From assembly GCA_016206155.1 (NCBI GenBank), contig JACQSC010000001.1, positions 71,105-125,370 on the forward strand: a DNA stretch of 54,266 nucleotides, in the 5' to 3' direction. Under the pieces are notes generated by a model, which had not been told where the DNA came from, did not search any database, and saw nothing but the letters and a program-made list of their open reading frames with translations. The position numbers were made by a program, and so were the translations under genes. Positions 1 to 10,330 of the stretch are shown here, piece by piece (the first letter of the stretch is position 1; every line of letters begins with the position of its first letter). The stretch is from Candidatus Uhrbacteria bacterium. Its GTDB lineage: Bacteria > Patescibacteriota > Patescibacteriia > JACQRZ01.

Positions 1-533
1 TTATTACTAAACCGCTTGGCGTGTGGTTCGGGCAGCCCATTATTTATGTTAGTGCATTTATTCTGTTGTTCATTGGAATCTCTGTTGAATCTTATTTTTT
101 CGTGGGTATCGGATTCGTCATCGCGCTTATTACGCCCTTTGTGCGCGGTCCCGAACTGCTATCAAAAAAGGGCATTGAAGCGTTCAAAAAAATTCTCGGG
201 TTTAAGGAGTATTTGAGTATGGTCGAAGCTGACCGATTGCGTCTGCTCAACGCGCCGGCTCTGAAGCCAGAAATGTTCGAGAGGTATTTGCCGTTTGCGA
301 TGATTTTTAAGGTTGAAAAGGAGTGGGCACAGAAGTTTGAGGCAATACCTCTGGTGCCGCCCCAATGGATGGAGGGATCGCTTGGAACATTTTCTGCCGT
401 GGCATTTGCCGGTTCTCTCTCGTCAATGAACTCATCATTTTCTTCGGCATTTTCCAGCGCCTCAAGTTCGGGCGGGAGTGGCGGCGGGTCATCTGGAGGC
501 GGCTCTGGCGGTGGCGGCGGAGGGAGTTGGTAG
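1..533 (+). CDS. DUF2207-family membrane protein, 3' part (5' truncated by window)
   Basis: TM segments, GFKEYL, FERYLPFAMIF..VEKEWA and the typical Gly/Ser tail ending GGGSGGGGGGSW. Confidence 0.85.
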   Translation, partial: ITKPLGVWFGQPIIYVSAFILLFIGISVESYFFVGIGFVIALITPFVRGPELLSKKGIEAFKKILGFKEYLSMVEADRLRLLNAPALKPEMFERYLPFAMIFKVEKEWAQKFEAIPLVPPQWMEGSLGTFSAVAFAGSLSSMNSSFSSAFSSASSSGGSGGGSSGGGSGGGGGGSW

Positions 534-608
534 ATTGCCTATGTTTATTTAAGCAATTAAGTACTAAACATTATTGAGCAGACAAAAAAATCTCTCACGC
601 CAGAGCAG

Positions 609-761
609 ATGGCCTATGTCTGGATTGCAGTTGGCATCGGGTTGGCCGTGGCGTTTATCGTAATTGGGTCGGTGTTCTTCGGCCTCAAGCCTGGACCATC
701 GAGTTCGACACAATCCAACTACGAGCCGATTGACGCATCACAGTACGCTCCCATTGAGTAA
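609..761 (+). CDS. Small single-TM hypothetical protein, 50 aa (below ORF-track cutoff)
   Basis: Hand translation MAYVWIAVGIGLAVAFIVIGSVFFGLKPGPSSSTQSNYEPIDASQYAPIE*; fills the gap before the atp operon. Confidence 0.55.
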   Translation: MAYVWIAVGIGLAVAFIVIGSVFFGLKPGPSSSTQSNYEPIDASQYAPIE

Positions 762-777
762 TTTACTCAATTTTCCC

Positions 778-805
778 TTGACTTGAGTGGAAAATAGTGT
801 AGTGT
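778..805 (+). promoter_or_regulatory. Putative sigma70 promoter of the atp operon
   Basis: TTGACT (778-783), 16 nt, TAGTGT (800-805), 7 nt before the ATG at 813. Confidence 0.4.
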
Positions 806-812
806 TGTATGC

Positions 813-1070
813 ATGCAAAAGAGCGATAACAATCCACAACTGCTCGGCCTTGCGCTGCAGATGGGATACCTCATTGCGATTCCGCTTGTGGCGTTTGCGC
901 TGGTTGGCAGATTTGTTGATTCAATTTTTGGGAGTTCGCCGCTCTTTTTTTTAATCGGAATTCTTTTGGCGATTATACTCTCAACAATCCTCGTATACCG
1001 GAAGACAACGATGTTGCTCAAGGATGCTGAGGACAAGAACGATACTGGATCCCGCCCTTCGGCGGGATGA
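813..1070 (+). CDS. AtpZ/AtpI-family ATP synthase accessory protein
   Basis: Two TM helices, G..VD..FGSSP.F.L.GILL motif, first gene of the atp operon. Confidence 0.8.
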   Translation: MQKSDNNPQLLGLALQMGYLIAIPLVAFALVGRFVDSIFGSSPLFFLIGILLAIILSTILVYRKTTMLLKDAEDKNDTGSRPSAG

Positions 1071-1819
1071 CAAACCCTATGGTTATTTCCATCGCCGCAG
1101 AACCCATCGCCCATATCGGAACATTCCCAGTCACCAACAGCATGGTGGTTGCATGGGTGATGAGCGTTGTACTGATTGCTTTTGGCTGGCTTGCTTCTCG
1201 GAGCGCTGTGCTTGTTCCCCGCGGCATTCAGAATACGTTTGAGGCGATTCTGGACCTTCTTCTCAAGATGGTAGACGGTGTTACCAAAAATCGCGCGCAA
1301 TCGAAAAAAATATTTCCGCTGATCGCTACGATTTTTTTGTTTGTGTTAGCCGTGAACTGGGCAGGCCTTCTTCCGGGTATGGGTGGCGCGGTCGGAGTTC
1401 TCGAAGAACACGAGGGCAAGCCCATTATAATCTCATTTATCCGCGCGACCTCTGCTGATCTCAATTTTACACTTGCCTTGGCGCTTATCAGCGTGGTGAC
1501 GGTTCAGGTTATTGGCATTGCGAGCATTGGATTTTTTAAATATGCAGGAAAATTCGTTAACTTTTCAAGCCCTATTAATTTTTTTGTCGGTATCCTGGAA
1601 ATGATATCCGAGGTTGCGAAGCTTGTTTCCTTTTCGTTTCGTCTCTTTGGCAATATCTTTGCCGGCGAAGTGCTCTTGACCGTCATGTCGTTTTTGGTAC
1701 CATATATTATTCCATTGCCATTTCTCGCGCTCGAGGTTTTTGTAGGTTTTATCCAGGCGTTGGTTTTTGCGATGCTGACGCTCGTGTTTTTGAAGATGGG
1801 CATGGAGGAAGCGCATTGA
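1067..1819 (+). CDS. atpB: ATP synthase F0 subunit a
   Basis: PRGIQN, SFSFRLFGNIFAGE with the essential Arg, IQALVFAMLT. Confidence 0.97.
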   Translation: MTNPMVISIAAEPIAHIGTFPVTNSMVVAWVMSVVLIAFGWLASRSAVLVPRGIQNTFEAILDLLLKMVDGVTKNRAQSKKIFPLIATIFLFVLAVNWAGLLPGMGGAVGVLEEHEGKPIIISFIRATSADLNFTLALALISVVTVQVIGIASIGFFKYAGKFVNFSSPINFFVGILEMISEVAKLVSFSFRLFGNIFAGEVLLTVMSFLVPYIIPLPFLALEVFVGFIQALVFAMLTLVFLKMGMEEAH

Positions 1820-1822
1820 ACA

Positions 1823-2150
<328 letters not shown>

Positions 2151-2184
2151 TTGGTTTGACAGGATGATCCTTTCTTTGGTCGGC

Positions 2185-2271
2185 GAATTACGAATCAAGA
2201 ATCAAGAATTAAGCACATAAAACATCGGCCCGAATTCATATTCGTAATTCTTAATTCGAAATTCTTAATTC
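2185..2271. repeat. Heptamer-array hairpin, family B: (GAATYAA)~4 ... (TTAATTC)~4-5
   Basis: GAATTAC GAATCAA GAATCAA GAATTAA ... GTAATTC TTAATTC GAAATTC TTAATTC. Confidence 0.85.
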
Positions 2272-2321
2272 TTCGCATTGAAAACGGCAATGGTGAAAGG
2301 AGAGAAACGTATAAATCGTGT

Positions 2322-2819
2322 ATGGAGATATTGAGTAAATTAGGCATTGATTGGAGACTGCTCATTGCGCAGATTGTTAACTTCGCAATTCTTCTCGCAC
2401 TTCTCTACAAGTTTGCCTACAAGCCGTTGCTTGCGCTTCTTGAAAAGCGCGAGGCGATGATTGCAAAAAGCGTTGAAGATGCGCGGGCGATTGAAGAACG
2501 CCTGCAGCAAACAGAAAAGAGCGCGCAAGAGGTTTTGATGGGCGCGCGAAAAGAAGCCGCGGAGATTTTTGAGGCTGCAGAGCATACTGCCGAGCAGCGA
2601 AGAAAGCAGTCTTTAGAGAAGACAAAAGAGGACCTGCGCCAGATTGTCGAGCAGACGCGCATGATGCTTAAAAATGAAAAAGAAGCGATGGTGCAAGAAG
2701 CGCGAGCTGAGATTGCCCACATTGTTGTCCGGGCCACAGAGCGTGTACTGGCGGATGTTGCGCACGAAAAGGTGAATGATTCCCTTGTACAAAAAACTCT
2801 TGAAAAGATTACGGGATGA
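2322..2819 (+). CDS. atpF: ATP synthase F0 subunit b
   Basis: LGID..L.AQ.VNF.IL...L.KF.YKP N-terminus, long coiled coil, operon position. Confidence 0.95.
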   Translation: MEILSKLGIDWRLLIAQIVNFAILLALLYKFAYKPLLALLEKREAMIAKSVEDARAIEERLQQTEKSAQEVLMGARKEAAEIFEAAEHTAEQRRKQSLEKTKEDLRQIVEQTRMMLKNEKEAMVQEARAEIAHIVVRATERVLADVAHEKVNDSLVQKTLEKITG

Positions 2820-3217
2820 GGAAGCAAAACGCAAAACAATTTGCCTCTGCGCTTCGAGCATTGACGCGGGGAAAGAAAAAAAGTGAAATAGACACAATCG
2901 TTCGCTCGGTTGTAGGGCGTTACGGCGTTACCGGACAGATGAAGTTTCTTGCTCGCGTCTGGCACCAACTCCACGATATTTTGAATAGTGAGAAGGGGGT
3001 GGCGCGCGTTGCGGTCCGCGTTCCATCCTGCGATAAAAAGCGCAATCGAGCGTTGACCGGACAAATTGCAAAACAGGTCGGTCGCGACAGTGAGATTTCC
3101 ATCACAGAAGACCCCTCGCTCATTGCCGGCGCTGTTGTGACAGTAGGTGATAAGCGTTACGACGGCAGCGTTAAGGCGCGAATACGGCAGTTGAGGAAAC
3201 ACCTTCAAAGGAATTAA
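2816..3217 (+). CDS. atpH: ATP synthase F1 subunit delta (short form)
   Basis: C-terminal DPSLIAG.VV.VGDKRYDGSVK.RI..L; lies between atpF and atpA. Confidence 0.88.
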   Translation: MRKQNAKQFASALRALTRGKKKSEIDTIVRSVVGRYGVTGQMKFLARVWHQLHDILNSEKGVARVAVRVPSCDKKRNRALTGQIAKQVGRDSEISITEDPSLIAGAVVTVGDKRYDGSVKARIRQLRKHLQRN

Positions 3218-3287
3218 GAATTATGAATTAAGAATTAAGCATGTTTAAACATCGTATCCTTGATTCTTAATTCGTAATTCTTTATTC
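3211..3287. repeat. Heptamer-array hairpin, family B, containing the atpH stop codon
   Basis: GAATTAA GAATTAT GAATTAA GAATTAA ... CTTGATT CTTAATT CGTAATT CTTTATT. Confidence 0.88.
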
Positions 3288-3336
3288 TTCGTATCATCAG
3301 AGTTCACTATCGATTTTGCAGATAATATTTTTCTCT

Positions 3337-4869
3337 ATGTCACAAACGAACTACATTCTTGAATCGCTAAAAACGCAGATCCAATCGTTCAAAGGAGAGA
3401 TTGAGGAGTCGGATGTTGGCCGGATTATCGAGGTTGGCGATGGTATTGCCCGCATTCTCGGATTGTCTGGCGCCAAGCAATCGGAGATGCTTGAGATTGA
3501 AACGCCCCATGGCGGTACGGTTACCGCCGTTGTTCTCAACCTCGAAGAGGATACCATCGGCGCCATGATCCTTGGTGACTATATGAATATTCATGAGGGG
3601 GATACGGTCAAAAGCACAGGGCGCATTTTGGAAGTACCGGTCGGAGATGGCCTCATTGGTCGAGTTGTGAGTCCCTTGGGCGAGGCGCTTGATGGAAAAG
3701 GCGCCATTGTTTCTGGCGCGAACTATCCGGTTGAAAAAATCGCACCTGGAGTGATCACGCGGAAGGGTGTGCATCAGCCGCTCCATACTGGCATTAAGGC
3801 AATCGACGCCATGATTCCGGTCGGGCGCGGACAGCGCGAACTGATTATCGGCGACCGCCAAACCGGAAAGACCGCCATCGCGATTGATACCATCATTCAT
3901 CAGAAGCATGAGCGGGCAGCAGGAAATGACATTCTCTGTGTTTACGTTGCTATTGGACAAAAGGAGGGAAAAATCGCAAAGCTTGTTGCCAAGCTCCAAG
4001 AAGAGGGGGCGATGGAGTATACCACGATTGTGCTTGCGGGCGCATCGGATCCTGCTTCGCTCTCATATCTCGCCCCGTTCGCGGGCTGTGCAATGGCTGA
4101 GTTTTTTATGGATCAGGGACGCGATGTGCTGGTTGTTTATGACGATCTATCAAAACATGCCGTTGCCTATCGTCAACTCTCACTGCTTCTCAGGAGACCG
4201 CCTGGACGCGAGGCCTATCCGGGTGATATTTTTTACCTCCATTCACGTCTCCTGGAACGCGCGGCAAAGCTGAACAAGGAGCATGGCGGGGGATCGCTTA
4301 CGGCGTTTCCGATTATCGAAACTCAAGCCGGTGATGTATCGGCATATATTCCAACCAACGTGATTTCCATTACTGACGGGCAAATCTATCTGGAGGCCGA
4401 TCTTTTTTACCAAGGCATTCGTCCGGCTGTCAATGTAGGTCTTTCAGTCTCTCGCGTGGGATCTGCGGCACAGACCAAGGCGATGAAAAAGGTTGCGGGC
4501 CGCTTGCGTCTTGAACTTGCGCAATATCGCGAATTGGCGGCCTTTGCGCAGTTCGGATCAGATTTGGATGAAGCGACGCAAAAGCAAATTAATCGCGGTG
4601 CGCGTCTGACGGAGATTCTCAAACAAGGACAATACGAACCAATGCCGTTCGAGTATCAGACCGTTGCGCTGTATGCCGGCGTCAATGCGTTGTTTGACGA
4701 TATTCCTGTTGAGAAAATCAAGAAAGTTGAACAGGCATTACACGAATATCTCCACATCAACAAGCGTAAACTCATGGAAACGATTGCGAAGGAACAGGCG
4801 TTGAGTGAGGATAGCGAGCAGCGGCTCAAAATTGCGATTGAGGAGTATAAAAAAACAATACCAATATAG
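3337..4869 (+). CDS. atpA: ATP synthase F1 subunit alpha
   Basis: GDRQTGKT Walker [22 protein letters not shown] at 3337 preferred over TTG at 3316. Confidence 0.98.
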   Translation: MSQTNYILESLKTQIQSFKGEIEESDVGRIIEVGDGIARILGLSGAKQSEMLEIETPHGGTVTAVVLNLEEDTIGAMILGDYMNIHEGDTVKSTGRILEVPVGDGLIGRVVSPLGEALDGKGAIVSGANYPVEKIAPGVITRKGVHQPLHTGIKAIDAMIPVGRGQRELIIGDRQTGKTAIAIDTIIHQKHERAAGNDILCVYVAIGQKEGKIAKLVAKLQEEGAMEYTTIVLAGASDPASLSYLAPFAGCAMAEFFMDQGRDVLVVYDDLSKHAVAYRQLSLLLRRPPGREAYPGDIFYLHSRLLERAAKLNKEHGGGSLTAFPIIETQAGDVSAYIPTNVISITDGQIYLEADLFYQGIRPAVNVGLSVSRVGSAAQTKAMKKVAGRLRLELAQYRELAAFAQFGSDLDEATQKQINRGARLTEILKQGQYEPMPFEYQTVALYAGVNALFDDIPVEKIKKVEQALHEYLHINKRKLMETIAKEQALSEDSEQRLKIAIEEYKKTIPI

Positions 4870-4872
4870 GGG

Positions 4873-4942
4873 CTCGTAATCCGTAACTCGTAACTCGTAA
4901 AAAAATCATTACGGATTACGGATTACGGATTACGGATTACGA
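4873..4942. repeat. Heptamer-array hairpin, family C: (CTCGTAA)~4 ... (TTACGGA)~5
   Basis: CTCGTAA TCCGTAA CTCGTAA CTCGTAA aaaaatca (TTACGGA)x4 TTACGA. Confidence 0.9.
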
Positions 4943-4945
4943 TGT

Positions 4946-5871
4946 ATGAAAGGAACGTTACAGATACGCCGCCAGATCCGCTCAATCGGAAATACCAAAA
5001 AGATGACAAAGGCGATGGAGCTGGTATCTGCCGCAAAGATGCGAAAAGCGATTGTGGCGGTACTTGCGACCCGTCCGTATGCGACCTTTGCTCAGGATGT
5101 TTTGCGGTTTCTTGCCTCGCGTACCGTCGATGCGTCACGTCATCCGTTGCTTGAGGTGCGTGCCTTGCGCAAAGCGGGGTTTATCGTCATCAGTACGAAC
5201 AGGGGGCTGTGTGGTAGCTTCAACGCAACCCTGGCATCAACCGTGCGCCACGAAGTGACGCGCGCGAAAGAAGATGGCGCATCTTCCAGCGAGGCGCTGA
5301 GCATGGGCAAACGAGCACGTGACATTCTCGCCCGATCCGGGTTAAAGATTAGCGCTGATTTTTTAAAAAAAGACATGACGACAAGCATCATTGATGTATT
5401 GCCGCTTGCGCACACCATTATCGAGCGGTACGGAAAGGGCAACCTTGATCGTGTGTATGTGGCGTATACCGACTATATTTCATCCGTTAAGCAAAAACCT
5501 GTGTGTAAGCAATTACTCCCGCTTGAATTGGGGTCTGGCTCAGTTTCGCAAAGCGAATCTGTGCCTGACCCCAATTCAGTGTTACCAAGCTCCGAGGGCA
5601 GACATAAAGAATTTGCCGGCACGCTGTTCGAACCATCAGAAACTCAAGTACTCTCCTATGTTATACCTCGTCTTCTCGAGGTTCAGCTGTATCAGGCGGT
5701 GCTGGAGTCAGAGGCATCGGAGCACAGCGCGCGCATGCTTGCCATGCACAATGCCTCTGAGGCCGCAACTGATATTCTCTCTGAGCTCCGATTGGCCTAT
5801 AACCAGATTCGCCAGGCGGGCATTACGCAGGAGATCGCTGAGATCTCGAGCGGCAGAGCCGCGCTGGAATA

Positions 5872-5872
<1 letters not shown>
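4946..5872 (+). CDS. atpG: ATP synthase F1 subunit gamma (carries an in-frame palindromic insertion)
   Basis: T.KMTKAMELVSAAKM, RGLCGSFN, SEHSARM.AM..A, RQAGITQEI.EI. Confidence 0.97.
5525..5577. repeat. REP-like palindrome inside atpG
   Basis: GAATTGGGGTCTGGCTCAGTTTCGC-AAA-GCGAATCTGTGCCTGACCCCAATTC: 25-bp arms, 3 mismatches; same arm cores as 14089-14136 in reverse orientation. Confidence 0.85.
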
Positions 5873-7375
<1,503 letters not shown>

Positions 7376-7377
7376 AA

Positions 7378-7440
7378 AGGGTATAGGGGTTAGGGTATAG
7401 GGTATAGTTTCAAACCCTGAACCCTGAACCATGAACCATA
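7378..7440. repeat. Heptamer-array hairpin, family A, running up to the atpC start
   Basis: AGGGTAT AGGGGTT AGGGTAT AGGGTAT AG tttc AAACCCT GAACCCT GAACCAT GAACCAT. Confidence 0.88.
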
Positions 7441-7874
7441 TGAGATTGAACATCATCACCCCGGAAAAGATCGTTTTCTCCGAAGATGTCGACCAAGTGA
7501 CCATCCCGACAATGGATGGGGAGATTACTGTGTTGCCGCATCACATTCCCTTGGTTGGATTATTGAAAGCAGGGGAGTTGATTATTAAAAAAGGAGACGA
7601 GATTATTCCGCTCGCGGTGTCTGGCGGCATGCTGCAAGTCCGCGCTGATGGCGTAACAATCCTTGCAGATACTGCGGAGCGCGTCGAGGAGATTGTTGAA
7701 GAGCGTGCGGAGGAAGCACGAAAAGCAGCGGAAAAGCTCATGGAAGAAAAACGCTTTGACGCAGAAGAATATGCTACGATTGCGGCAAAGATGGATCGCG
7801 AGCTCGCGCGCCTCAAGGTCGCGCGCAAATGGAGACACAAAGCGCATTCAGTACCAGGGTATAAGTCGGAATAA
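7440..7874 (+). CDS. atpC: ATP synthase F1 subunit epsilon
   Basis: IITPEK, GEITVLPHH.P, VSGG.L.V, ILADTAE; alternative ATG at 7431 lies in the repeat. Confidence 0.96.
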   Translation: MRLNIITPEKIVFSEDVDQVTIPTMDGEITVLPHHIPLVGLLKAGELIIKKGDEIIPLAVSGGMLQVRADGVTILADTAERVEEIVEERAEEARKAAEKLMEEKRFDAEEYATIAAKMDRELARLKVARKWRHKAHSVPGYKSE

Positions 7875-7935
7875 GAGAATTAGAATTAAAAAAATCGTTA
7901 GCACTCCCAGCGGTTTTTTGATATAGTAGCTATAT

Positions 7936-8067
7936 ATGAAGCGAGTAATTATTGTTCATTGCTGGAGCGGGACGCCGGAGTACTGCTGGTATCCTGCCGT
8001 AAAAAACGAAGCCTCCTGCACAGACCTTCCAGATGCTGTTGAAGTTATTTTTGAAATGTCTCTATGA
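7936..8067 (+). pseudogene. N-terminal fragment of an RBBP9/YdeN-type alpha/beta hydrolase
   Basis: MKRVIIVHCWSGTPEYCWYP.VK.E resembles the family N-terminus, then the frame degenerates and stops at 43 aa. Confidence 0.55.
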
Positions 8068-8249
8068 ACGCACATGATATGAAAAAAGAAATGTATGTCG
8101 ATCAAAAGCATGAGGAGCATATGTTTGATAGCATCACCGAAGATCTTCTGGCATCTTCAAGCCCAGTGTATCTGGCGAACATAAAAAAAGCGCGAAGCGA
8201 ACGGAAACGTTATTCTTTAAAAGAGGTAAGACGGATGCTGGACATCTAA
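8064..8249 (+). CDS. Small protein resembling the C-terminal part of a type II antitoxin; no cognate toxin adjacent
   Basis: EDLLASSSP.YL..IKKAR...YSLKEV pattern. Confidence 0.4.
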   Translation: MNAHDMKKEMYVDQKHEEHMFDSITEDLLASSSPVYLANIKKARSERKRYSLKEVRRMLDI

Positions 8250-8289
8250 GGCATATTTGGCCTCTCTTTATAGCAGTTTATTTTTTCCC

Positions 8290-8318
8290 TTGACAGGTGA
8301 ACGATTGTTCACTAGGAT
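8290..8318 (+). promoter_or_regulatory. sigma70 promoter with a LexA-type operator in the spacer
   Basis: TTGACA (8290-8295), 17 nt, TAGGAT (8313-8318); palindrome GTGAAC-gatt-GTTCAC at 8297-8312. Confidence 0.8.
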
Positions 8319-8397
8319 TGAAAGGTTAGAAGGTTGAAAGGTTAGAAGGAATATTCAAGATACTCCCAACCTGCCAACCTCTTAACCATCTAACTTT
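8316..8397. repeat. Octamer-array hairpin in the lexA leader
   Basis: (GGTTGAAA/GGTTAGAA)~4 ... degenerate inverse (CCAACCTG CCAACCTC TTAACCAT CTAACTTT). Confidence 0.7.
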
Positions 8398-8418
8398 TAT
8401 TTTAATTTCATTTTTCCT

Positions 8419-8988
8419 ATGGATAAAGAAAAAACAGTGAAAAAGATCCAGCAGTTTTATCAAAAGAGAAAGCGCATGCCCAGCTTTTCAGAAGTTGCAG
8501 AACTCATTGGGTATAAGTCAAAGAACGCGGTCAGTAAGCTTGTGGATAAGTTAGTTGAGCGAGAACTTCTTTCAAAAGACGAGCAGGGAAGACTTTTGCC
8601 CGGGCGGCTCATGCGGGGGGTGCAGGTGTTGGGGACCGTAGCTGCGGGTTTTCCTTCACCGGCAGAAGAGGAGTTGTGCGATACGTTAAGCCTCGATGAA
8701 TGGCTCGTCCCGCACCGTGAAGCAACGTTTCTTTTGAAGGTGACCGGAGACTCCATGCAAGATGCGGGGATTGTTGATGGGGATATGGTGCTTGCGGAGC
8801 GAGGGTGTCAGCCGCGATCGGGTGATATCGTTATCGCCGAGATCGATCACGAGTGGACTATGAAATATTTTGTCCGCGATGGCGCGAAGGTCGTCCTTCG
8901 GCCAGGAAACACAAAGTATCCCGTCCTTGTTCCGCGATGCGAACTGAAAATCGCGGCCATTGTCCGCGGGGTGATTCGAAAGTATTAA
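8419..8988 (+). CDS. lexA: LexA-family repressor with a UmuD-like S24 peptidase domain
   Basis: N-terminal wHTH (MPSFSEVAELIGYKSKNAV), AAGFPSPAEE cleavage site, VTGDSM (Ser), TMK (Lys). Confidence 0.85.
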   Translation: MDKEKTVKKIQQFYQKRKRMPSFSEVAELIGYKSKNAVSKLVDKLVERELLSKDEQGRLLPGRLMRGVQVLGTVAAGFPSPAEEELCDTLSLDEWLVPHREATFLLKVTGDSMQDAGIVDGDMVLAERGCQPRSGDIVIAEIDHEWTMKYFVRDGAKVVLRPGNTKYPVLVPRCELKIAAIVRGVIRKY

Positions 8989-8999
8989 GTTTGCCATGT

Positions 9000-9338
9000 A
9001 TGGTCGTTGCCTTTTTTGATAAAAGTATAGAAGAATTTGTCGAGGGTTTTGAAAAACCAATCCGCTCTCGTATAGCGCGGACGATTATGCTTCTTGAACG
9101 GTTTGGAAATCGTATCACCATGCCTTACAGCAAAAATGTCGAACATAATTTATTTGAGTTGAGAACCATGGGAAATCCTGCTATACGGATATTTTATACA
9201 TTCCACGGTAGTTGTGCCGTTCTTTTGTGTGGGTATATCAAAAAATATCAGAAGATTCCGCGAAAGGAATTTTTACTTGCTATTAAGAAGCTACATCTCT
9301 TGACAGAATATAACGTAAACGTTATATTCAGAACATAA
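9000..9338 (+). CDS. RelE/HigB (Gp49-like) toxin
   Basis: L..FG..I.MPYSK....LFELR, RIFYTF, KK.QK.P.KE...A; in-frame ATG at 9000 within track ORF 8853-9338. Confidence 0.8.
   Translation: MVVAFFDKSIEEFVEGFEKPIRSRIARTIMLLERFGNRITMPYSKNVEHNLFELRTMGNPAIRIFYTFHGSCAVLLCGYIKKYQKIPRKEFLLAIKKLHLLTEYNVNVIFRT
9300..9329 (+). promoter_or_regulatory. Antitoxin promoter inside the toxin 3' end, with a palindromic operator
   Basis: TTGACA (9300-9305), 17 nt, TATATT (9323-9328), overlapped by GAATATAACG-taaa-CGTTATATTC. Confidence 0.7.
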
Positions 9339-9357
9339 TCAATAATAGCATACTTAT

Positions 9358-9678
9358 ATGCGTTTTCGTTCATTCGCAGTATTTAAGAAGAAGCTTTTAA
9401 AGGATAAAGCATTTCGGAAAGAGTATGAGAAATTAGAGCCAGAATTTGAGCTTGCTTGCAAGCTTATTGAAAAACGAATTCAGCGTGGATTGAGCCAGGA
9501 AGCTCTGGCAAAAAAGATGAATACGAAGCAATCCGCGATTGCGCGGCTTGAATCAGGCTCCTATAATATGACACTTGCATTTCTTGATAAAGCGGCAAAG
9601 GCCCTTGATACACGCGTTGCGATTTCATTGGTTGATAAGCCACGCGCGAGAACTGCCGCTCCGCATTCTGTACGATGA
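9358..9678 (+). CDS. HigA-type XRE HTH antitoxin
   Basis: GLSQEALAKKMNTKQSAIARLESG HTH_3; downstream of the toxin. Confidence 0.85.
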   Translation: MRFRSFAVFKKKLLKDKAFRKEYEKLEPEFELACKLIEKRIQRGLSQEALAKKMNTKQSAIARLESGSYNMTLAFLDKAAKALDTRVAISLVDKPRARTAAPHSVR

Positions 9679-10310
9679 ATTGTAGCATAATCTGTAAAAA
9701 AACTGCTCGGGCTATGAGGAGGGATCCAAGCAGCCGTTTGTTTATCACGAAGGTATTGCTGTTCTTTACACTTTTTTTTCTTGGTAGTATTGGTGTTACA
9801 ATGACAGCCATCGCCAGAGAAGGTGATATTGAAGAACTTGAATCGGCAGATGCGATTTTGGTGCTTGGCGCGGGTCAAATTGGCAATGAACCATCTTCCG
9901 TGTTTCGAGCACGACTTGATCGCGCCCGCGAGTTGTATAATAGAGAATTTGCCAAACTCATTATCATAACAGGTGGGATTGGCGAGGATTTTTCTGTTTC
10001 GGACTCTCGGGTAGGGAAGGAGTATCTCGTGCAACGAGGCATTCCCGCAGACGCTTTATTTATAGAAGAAAGAAGCAGGACAACACGGCAAAATATTATG
10101 GGCGCGCGCGATATTATCAATATTCAGGGTGTTCATACGAGTCTTCTTGTAAGTCATGATTTTCATATGATGCGAGCAAAAAAAATAGCGCGCGATCTTG
10201 GACTTATTGTGTTTTCTGCCCCAGTGCGGACAAAAAATAAATTACAGTATTTTCAATATTCTTTTCGGGAGGTTATGATGACATTCCTTTACATGGCGTT
10301 GAAGGTTTAA
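9675..10310 (+). CDS. YdcF/ElyC-like DUF218 protein
   Basis: DAILVLGA, RARLDRA..LY, IITGG, EERS.TT.QN, VS..FHM.RA, RE. Confidence 0.88.
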   Translation: MNCSIICKKTARAMRRDPSSRLFITKVLLFFTLFFLGSIGVTMTAIAREGDIEELESADAILVLGAGQIGNEPSSVFRARLDRARELYNREFAKLIIITGGIGEDFSVSDSRVGKEYLVQRGIPADALFIEERSRTTRQNIMGARDIINIQGVHTSLLVSHDFHMMRAKKIARDLGLIVFSAPVRTKNKLQYFQYSFREVMMTFLYMALKV

Positions 10311-10330
10311 TTAATTGAATCCATTGCTCT

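Noticed and set aside
430..530. Gly/Ser low-complexity tract as a novel repeat
   Set aside because: It is the normal C-terminal tail of DUF2207 proteins.
2417..3999. Long antisense ORFs over atp genes (likewise 14077-14811 and 37723-38541)
   Set aside because: They lie opposite well-supported genes and show no motifs.
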